Assembly (NCBI GenBank): GCA_035529455.1
Contig: DATKWQ010000022.1
Location: forward strand, 7,418-71,417
DNA: 64,000 nt
Source: Thermoplasmata archaeon
Lineage (GTDB): Archaea; Thermoplasmatota; Thermoplasmata; UBA10834
Reading direction: 5' to 3'
The first letter of the stretch is position 1. Each line of letters starts with the position of its first letter. Below the pieces are notes generated by a model that was given only the letters and a program-made list of their open reading frames with translations, was not told the origin of the DNA and ran no database searches. The position numbers and the translations under genes were made by a program. Shown piece after piece: positions 58,501 to 64,000 of the stretch.

Positions 58501-59965
58501 GTCGTACCTGAAGGCGCTCGAGATAGACCCCTCTGACAAAGTGGCTTGGCACAGGCTCGGGCTGCTCTACGTCGAGATGGAGATGTTCATAGAGGCAAAC
58601 GACTGTTTCGACCGCACGCTGGAGCTCGATGACTCCAATTCCAAGGTCTGGATGAGCAAAGGGTTCGTCATGGAGAAGCTCGAGACGTTCGAGGAGGCAG
58701 CCTCAGCATACGACAGGGCAATCGGCCTGGACTCCAATGACAAGGAGGCCTGGAAGAGCAAGGGATACGCGCTGCTCGAGCTGGGAAGCCCTGAGCAGGC
58801 TCTGCGATGCTTCGACCACGCGTTGACCATCGACCCCTATTTCGAGGCGGCCTCCGAGGGGCGGAACGCGGCTGAGCAGGAGATCCGCAACACCAAGATA
58901 GAGGACTACTCGCGAGCAGTCCTGGATTTCGAGTACTCACACGGTAGGCCGGTGTCTAAAGAGGAGGCCTTCAGGGTCTGCGGCATCCCGTACGCCTTCC
59001 TGAACGACGTCCTCAGCTACCTGAACGACGATGGCGAGATGAAACTGTCAGAGCTCCAGATGGACAGCTTCAAAAGATACGAGCATCTCTCGAGGGAGGT
59101 CCTCGTAGCGACCATGCTCAAGCGGGACCTCTCAGTCCACGGACTGCGGCTGTGCGACATCACGGTGAACTTCCCCGAGCTGAAGGTCTCCAGCGCGAAA
59201 CGCATACTCAACTACGTCCGCGCAGTTGAGGAGCATCAGTTCAGCCCTGAGGTCACGGACCAGCAGACTGACTCGCAGTTGAGACAGGCGCTCGAACTCC
59301 CCGACGACCAGAAGAACGTCCTGGGATTGATTAGGAACCTGGGCGTTGGCGTTTACCAGGCAAGGCAGCTAGTGACCATACTCATGACTTTCCACGACGC
59401 CGGCGTCGAGTCTCCGACGATAACGCTCAGGTCGATAGTGAGTGAGAGCTACGGAGACTATTCACCTTACGAGGGGGGAACACTCGCGCCCACGCCTGCA
59501 AAGCACAGAGGACGCGCACCTCCAGCGGACGACGGATACGAGGCTGATGAAGACTACGAGGAAGACGAGGCGGAGGAGGAGCCACCGCCACACAGGAAGA
59601 CGACCAAGAGCCGCTCACAGAAGCCGGCGAGAGGCGCAGCGAGGAAGGCGTCGGCCGATGATGAAGAGGATGACGAGCCCGATGACGCCCCAGCCGACCT
59701 AGTAGGCAGGCGTTGCCTTTTCCACGGTGGGGTGGCTGTAAGCAGATGCTCCAAATGCAAAGCCGTGCTATGCAAGGAATGCATCAGGGGTTCGGACAAA
59801 TGTCCGCGGTGCAATGCCCCCTTGAAGAGAGGTTCCACGAAGAAGATGCCTCTGGAAGAGGACGATGAGGCGGAAGAAGACTCCGAACCCGTGGCCAAGC
59901 CGCCCAAGAAGCCGCGGCGAAAGGGCGACGAAAGCGGAAAGCTCGAGGACCTCTCACGGCTGTGA
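55556..59965 (+). CDS. Giant TPR protein with C-terminal acidic linker and B-box-like Zn finger
   Basis: Roughly 30 TPR units, a non-TPR domain and CLFH..CSKC..CKEC..CPRC. TTG start (MGIFDSLL) follows GGTGA. Confidence 0.92.
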   Translation: MGIFDSLLNKEKKLLTRANKELAKVDSLISSGRRDEAFSTLKKQISTLNEGMGSIAKMKPEFSRLLSTMGSKSSTLGEYSTGEDCAKVALQLNPKNPEAMVVLGQTALKLGRGEEATSWLKKATEQEPKSSVYWALLGGTHEALEEITDAIACYRRVLELVPDDITHYDKILEHDAKDVDIIRRKANALVRLKRYEEAITVFQKGIDIQPKDKDLWIGMGAALNYNDKPEDAINALNKALKLDPKDAYILDNIGRIQHKLGNRKEALKCFSEAVKMEPSSAVLWNELGVVQEELNSFDQAIAAFDNALKIEENNLNVLLNKKKTLMKSERFADAIGVCDRIILLSPKDHESIFDKSRALHALERYDEALTFVEASLMLSPDARNAMKLKKETLICLNRHADVVAWSNRILSVNSGDYETMHDKGIALVKLGKVHDAIKTFERALKAAPDQLPLLDSLKEAYKQIKKDAEVVDVCDRILSIDPSDKKANFDKAVALDRMDRVDEAVITYLAALKNDPNNADVFYNIAALFLRIGKNKESLDYIKQGISSDPSNASLWRLKGKATFAEKDFQESVNSWEKALKLDPDDLATGKHLGRALMELKRYEEALARFDSVIKADPNDVEAWILKADALQWLENIDGALAAIKQALKLTPNAANLLLKMGRLLTRLDRREEALAAYDSALAVSVKDLEVLNEKKELLRSLKRYDDVIQTCDEILTVSPNDKEAYVDRGSASLLLKKPNDALYAFNKALAIDDEDLDTLELKKLALKELDDNEAVVDVCDRIIELSPKNKITLADRAGALEKLGRFDEALESYGRAIALDPKDLFLWNRKGSLLLNGGKAAQAAEAFDHALKLDGNQPFVLNNRGKSYLELRRYEEALADFNKAIEILPKVPEFHTDQGRALASMGRYDESIDSFTEARRYTPNDISALKYMGMALLKLNRISEALGCFDEAIRQGSLDRDLWTSKAKASEAAGEKQEAARSYLKALEIDPSDKVAWHRLGLLYVEMEMFIEANDCFDRTLELDDSNSKVWMSKGFVMEKLETFEEAASAYDRAIGLDSNDKEAWKSKGYALLELGSPEQALRCFDHALTIDPYFEAASEGRNAAEQEIRNTKIEDYSRAVLDFEYSHGRPVSKEEAFRVCGIPYAFLNDVLSYLNDDGEMKLSELQMDSFKRYEHLSREVLVATMLKRDLSVHGLRLCDITVNFPELKVSSAKRILNYVRAVEEHQFSPEVTDQQTDSQLRQALELPDDQKNVLGLIRNLGVGVYQARQLVTILMTFHDAGVESPTITLRSIVSESYGDYSPYEGGTLAPTPAKHRGRAPPADDGYEADEDYEEDEAEEEPPPHRKTTKSRSQKPARGAARKASADDEEDDEPDDAPADLVGRRCLFHGGVAVSRCSKCKAVLCKECIRGSDKCPRCNAPLKRGSTKKMPLEEDDEAEEDSEPVAKPPKKPRRKGDESGKLEDLSRL

Positions 59966-59973
59966 GGAAGCGC

Positions 59974-60450
59974 CTATCCGTGTAGGCGCTTGGTCAGGTC
60001 AGCAACCCTCTGACCATATCTGACACACACCTTCTCCACGCGCTTATCGGGCTTCTTTATCGACACAGGCCCATAGTGGTCTCCCTCGGAATCTCCGCAT
60101 ATGACCATCCCGTGTATCAGCAACGCCTCGAGTATCGCGATGACCGTCGTCTCATTGCCGCCTCCGACGTTGTGGCTTGAGGAGAACGCCCCGCCCACCT
60201 TTCCGTCGAGCTCGCCGTGGTATCTGATACTCCTGTCGAGGAGCTTCTTGACCTCAGCGGACATCAGGCCATAGTATGTGGGAGACCCAATCACGATCCC
60301 GTCATAACCCAGGAGAGATTTCGGTGTCACGCTGGCGACGTCCTTGGTATCGACATCGACCTTCCTAGACCGAACCCCCTTCTCTATAAGCTGAGCCATC
60401 TTCTTGGTGTTGCCCGTGCGCGAGTAGTAGCATATCAATATCTTCGGCAT
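59974..60450 (-). CDS. Flavodoxin / WrbA-like protein
   Basis: YYSRTGNT, GSPTYYG, GKVGGAF, GGGNETT, HYG. Confidence 0.92.
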   Translation of the reverse strand: MPKILICYYSRTGNTKKMAQLIEKGVRSRKVDVDTKDVASVTPKSLLGYDGIVIGSPTYYGLMSAEVKKLLDRSIRYHGELDGKVGGAFSSSHNVGGGNETTVIAILEALLIHGMVICGDSEGDHYGPVSIKKPDKRVEKVCVRYGQRVADLTKRLHG

Positions 60451-60596
60451 CCTGATCACCGTCACACCCGACATAGGCCGGCGATGGCTTAGTAATTTCC
60501 GGGGACGCCTGCAGTCCATGTGGCGATGGTCGGTCGGACGCAAACCTTGAATAGGTCACGGATTCCTTGTCCTTCGCACCGAGGAGCACTGGCACG

Positions 60597-61085
60597 ATGC
60601 GTATCTGCAATAGATGCCGACAGGAGACCGAGGCGATGTTCTGCCCAAGATGCAAGGTGTTGACGTCCATTCCCAGAGAGAGAGTCGCATCCATCACATC
60701 TGCTCAGGGAGAGACTTTCGAGTGCACGGTGTGGCAAGGCTCCAACAGGTCGAGGGGCATCGATGTCAAGGCGGACGACAGGGACAAGTACTTCTCGAAG
60801 CACCACGACATGGTCATCCTCCACATCGAAGGGCTGCGAACAGTTGCCAAGCTGGGGACAGGATTCTGGAAGAAGCCGGCTATCATCAAGAACGCCCTAG
60901 GAGACGACGGAAAGGACCAATTGGCCAAGTTCCTCTCGAAGCATCATCTGCTGCCTCCTGAGCAGTCCGTCAAGGAGAAGGGCATAGTCGACACGCTCAT
61001 ATTCGAAGTGGTGGCCCCGTCCGAGGAGTTCAAGGTGTCGGTCGTCGAGAGGTCACAGGCTGAGGAAAACCGGGAAGTCGACTAG
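60597..61085 (+). CDS. Hypothetical protein with N-terminal Zn ribbon
   Basis: CNRC..CPRC followed by an uncharacterised domain (DRDKYF..FW). GGAG RBS. Confidence 0.75.
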   Translation: MRICNRCRQETEAMFCPRCKVLTSIPRERVASITSAQGETFECTVWQGSNRSRGIDVKADDRDKYFSKHHDMVILHIEGLRTVAKLGTGFWKKPAIIKNALGDDGKDQLAKFLSKHHLLPPEQSVKEKGIVDTLIFEVVAPSEEFKVSVVERSQAEENREVD

Positions 61086-62281
61086 ACCAGCTCGAGCTGC
61101 TTCCCGACTGTCTCGAAGGCGGCGATCGCCTCATCGAGGTCTTCCCTGGACAGTCCCGCGTTCATTATCGTCCGGATCCTCGCGCCATCCCTGGAGACCA
61201 TTGGGAACACGATAGGCAGGGCGAAGACGCCGAGGCCGAAGAGCCGGTCGCTGAAAGTCTTGGCGGCGGTGCTCTCGCCAATCATGATCGGCACGATCGG
61301 GGTCATGCTCTTGCCCGTGTCGAAGCCGATATCCTGGACACCTTTCCTGAAGTACTCGGTGTTCTCCCATAGACTCCTGACATGCTGTGGTTCCGTCTCA
61401 AGGACGTCGATGGCCGCGACACAGGCGGCCACCACAGCGGGAGGGTGGGACCCGCTCAGAAGCCACGTCCTCGACTTGTTCAGTGCGAAGTTGACGAGGT
61501 CCTTGCTCCCGGAGATATGGCCACCGACCACCCCGAAGGCTTTGGAGAAGGTGCCCATCTCCACATGCACGGAGTCGCGGTCGAGCTTGAAGTGGGAGAC
61601 TATGCCCCTGCCACCTTCGCCGAGGACGCCCTCACCATGAGCGTCATCGACATAGACCATCGCGCCGTGTTCTTTTGCTATCCTCGCGATGTGGTCCAAC
61701 GGTGCGACATCGCCGTCCATGCTGAACACGCCGTCCGTGATCACGAGTATCCGGCGATATGGCGGCGAATGCTTCTCCGCCTGTCGTAGCACCTCCTCCA
61801 GGTGTGACGGGTCGCAATGCCCGTAGACCGCCCTGTCGGCCTTCGAGAGCCTCACACCGTCGATTATGCTGCCATGATTGAGCTCATCGCTCACTATGAG
61901 ATCGCCCGAATCTGCCAACTGTGGGATCAGACCCGCATTGGCTGCGAAACCAGTCTGATAAACCAGGGACGCCTCCGCCCCTTTGAATCCGGCCAAGCGC
62001 TGTTCCAGTTCGATGTGGATGTCCATGTTCCCGGCGATAGGCCTGACCGAGCCGGACCCCGCTCCGTGGCTCATGACGGCCGCGGCGGCCGCATCCTTCA
62101 GCCTCGGGTGGTTGCTCAGATTGAGATAATTGTTCGAGCAGAGCATCAGCACTTCCCGGCCGTCCACTCTGCATCGGGGAGTGCTTGCTCCTTGAAGGGT
62201 TCTAAGCCTCCAATCCAGCTCCTTGCTCACGAGAGCGTCATACTCTTCCCCGAGGAATGATATCGGATCCCTCAAAGACAT
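61082..62281 (-). CDS. kbl: Glycine C-acetyltransferase (2-amino-3-ketobutyrate CoA ligase)
   Basis: CSNNYL, SDELNHGSIIDG, DGVFSMDGD, DDAH, GTFSKA, ARIR; adjacent to tdh. Confidence 0.9.
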   Translation of the reverse strand: MSLRDPISFLGEEYDALVSKELDWRLRTLQGASTPRCRVDGREVLMLCSNNYLNLSNHPRLKDAAAAAVMSHGAGSGSVRPIAGNMDIHIELEQRLAGFKGAEASLVYQTGFAANAGLIPQLADSGDLIVSDELNHGSIIDGVRLSKADRAVYGHCDPSHLEEVLRQAEKHSPPYRRILVITDGVFSMDGDVAPLDHIARIAKEHGAMVYVDDAHGEGVLGEGGRGIVSHFKLDRDSVHVEMGTFSKAFGVVGGHISGSKDLVNFALNKSRTWLLSGSHPPAVVAACVAAIDVLETEPQHVRSLWENTEYFRKGVQDIGFDTGKSMTPIVPIMIGESTAAKTFSDRLFGLGVFALPIVFPMVSRDGARIRTIMNAGLSREDLDEAIAAFETVGKQLELV

Positions 62282-62285
62282 CCCC

Positions 62286-63353
62286 TCACCATTCAGGCGT
62301 CAACGAGACCTTCGCGGATTGACGATTGCGGATCAGCTCCATGCCAGAGGCTATGTCTCTGATCGGCAACGTGTGTGAGACTATATGCGAGAGCTTCTCG
62401 CGGAAGTCCTCGTTCTCGAGGACGTTGTACATCTCCTCCCAGGTCTCGAACATCTTCCTGCCCGTAATCCCATGGACAACCGCGGACTTGAAGGTAATGG
62501 CATTGTTGACATCTATCATCACAGGGTCGGGGTACAGTCCCAATATCGACACACGTCCTCCCGGAGTGAGCACGTCGAAGGCCTGTCTAAGCGCCGCAGG
62601 CGCCCCGGACATCTCGAGAGAGATATCCACTCCGTCCCCGTCAGTCTCGCCCATCACGGCGGATTTCAGCCTCTCGCTTCCGATCGAGGCATCCAGAACC
62701 ACATCGGCGCCCATCCTCTTGGCCAAGTCGAATCGGACGCGCTCGTCTGCCATCTCGGAGGCAATCACCTTGCGGGCGCCCAGCACCTTGAGCATGGCAA
62801 TGGCCATGAGGCCTATCGGGCCACATCCGGCGACGAAAACTGTCATTCCGCGTATCTTGTCCGCGCATTCGTCAGGGAGTACTGTGAAGGTGGCGTTTCC
62901 CAGGGGTTCCAGAAGAGAGCCCAGCTTGGGGTCTAGGTTCTCGGGCAGCTTCCTAGCATTCATGGAAGGGATGCGTATGTATTCGGCGAACACGCCGTCC
63001 GTGTCGACGCCGAGAATCTTCATGTTCCTGCATATATGCATCCTGCCGGTCCTGCACTGGTAACACTCCCGGTCGACAATGTGAGTCTCAGCTGCCACGA
63101 TATCGCCTATCTCTACAGACTCGACTGCGGAGCCCTTCTCGACCACCTCGCCGCAGGCTTCGTGTCCGAAAATGATGGGGAGGTTCTTGATGCGCTTCTC
63201 CGCCCAGTGGTTCCAGTACCATATGTGGACGTCCGTCCCGCAGATGGAGCTATGCCTCATCTCCAGTAAGACTTCGTCCTTTCCGACCTCGGGCTTGTTG
63301 ACAGACTCGATATCAGCGCCAGCCGCCCTTCGTTTCTTAACAACAGCATACAT
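62286..63353 (-). CDS. tdh: L-threonine 3-dehydrogenase (Zn-dependent)
   Basis: SICGTDVHI, GHE, AETHI, EPLGNA, GCGPIG, EMSG, GITGRKMFETW. Confidence 0.93.
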   Translation of the reverse strand: MYAVVKKRRAAGADIESVNKPEVGKDEVLLEMRHSSICGTDVHIWYWNHWAEKRIKNLPIIFGHEACGEVVEKGSAVESVEIGDIVAAETHIVDRECYQCRTGRMHICRNMKILGVDTDGVFAEYIRIPSMNARKLPENLDPKLGSLLEPLGNATFTVLPDECADKIRGMTVFVAGCGPIGLMAIAMLKVLGARKVIASEMADERVRFDLAKRMGADVVLDASIGSERLKSAVMGETDGDGVDISLEMSGAPAALRQAFDVLTPGGRVSILGLYPDPVMIDVNNAITFKSAVVHGITGRKMFETWEEMYNVLENEDFREKLSHIVSHTLPIRDIASGMELIRNRQSAKVSLTPEW

Positions 63354-63453
63354 CGAATGCTGCCCCTTCCTCGCTCATCTTGGATGACGATATCCTCGTT
63401 ATTAAGTGATTTGAATGTACCACCAAGTCGAATGTCAACCGCGGCGGCCTAAC

Positions 63454-63999
63454 CTACCGGTCTATGTCTTCCCCGCCTTCGAGCGCTCCCTGGGCGGCCA
63501 CGTAGATTTCCCGTAGACCCTCCCATGTCTCAGCACTCACCAGGTTCAGCTCCGCCGTGGAACCCATCGTGTCCAATGCCTGGAGCAGCTCGAGGCTGAT
63601 CTGTGTCTGGGCGTCTATAGACTCATCGCACAATGCGCTCCATAGCGCCTCGAGGTCGCAGCTCCACATCTTCAACATGCTGGCGTCGGACTCCGAGAGG
63701 AGGTCGGCTTTCGCGAGGATGGGTATCAACGGCAAAGGTAGCCTGAAATGGACTGTCGATGACAGCAGCAGGGATGTGACAAAGCCGTTCGGGTTCCTGG
63801 CGAGCACCGGGTCGAACAGATACGCAAGGGCGGACCTCTCCAGGTCGAGGGCCTCGACCACCGTCTTGCTGCTCTGTCGGAACGCGAACAGCTCGAGCTG
63901 TCCGGGCGTGTCGACCAAGATGTAGTCCGTGTTGAATCCATCGATGACCTCCACCACCTCGCCGATATTGAGCGCCAACATGTCGGCCGCGAGTATCTG
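63454..63999 (-). CDS. GPN-loop GTPase (5' truncated by window edge)
   Basis: QILAADML, DTPGQLELFAFR, LAKADLL, VSA. Confidence 0.88.
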   Translation of the reverse strand, partial: QILAADMLALNIGEVVEVIDGFNTDYILVDTPGQLELFAFRQSSKTVVEALDLERSALAYLFDPVLARNPNGFVTSLLLSSTVHFRLPLPLIPILAKADLLSESDASMLKMWSCDLEALWSALCDESIDAQTQISLELLQALDTMGSTAELNLVSAETWEGLREIYVAAQGALEGGEDIDR

Positions 64000-64000
64000 A

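Noticed and set aside
63040..63090. Asp replacing the first Cys of the tdh structural Zn site
   Set aside because: Acidic substitution at this ligand is known in medium-chain dehydrogenases.

Overview
Gene-dense, GC-rich (about 60% by eye) archaeal chromosome segment. The content suggests a heterotrophic Thermoplasmatota lineage (inference): egsA-UPF0179, LonB, hel308-cgi121, SepF, TrpB2, SAMP, GPN GTPase, a thiolase/DUF35/HMG-CoA synthase cluster, an intron-containing tRNA, PEF-CTERM surface proteins and several KaiC-like ATPases. About 48 CDS, two tRNAs (Pro-CGG; Gly-UCC with intron), one intein in a class II ribonucleotide reductase and two gene remnants were recognised. No CRISPR array, rRNA, transposase or intact integrase was seen. 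Most genes are housekeeping or peptide/amino-acid catabolism. The least explained elements are: (1) a doubly anchored membrane protein with Zn ribbons, an 8x GxxNGT hexapeptide repeat and a PEF-CTERM tail; (2) two ~1500-aa helical solenoid proteins ending in RING/PHD-like and B-box-like Zn fingers; (3) an active/inactive KaiC-like pair and a sensorless pseudo-histidine kinase with a lone receiver; (4) an orphan DUF4130 protein with a PIP-like tail; (5) a decaying segment between the two tRNAs; (6) phased 12-bp direct-repeat operator candidates. All family calls come from motif recognition by eye, not database searches.
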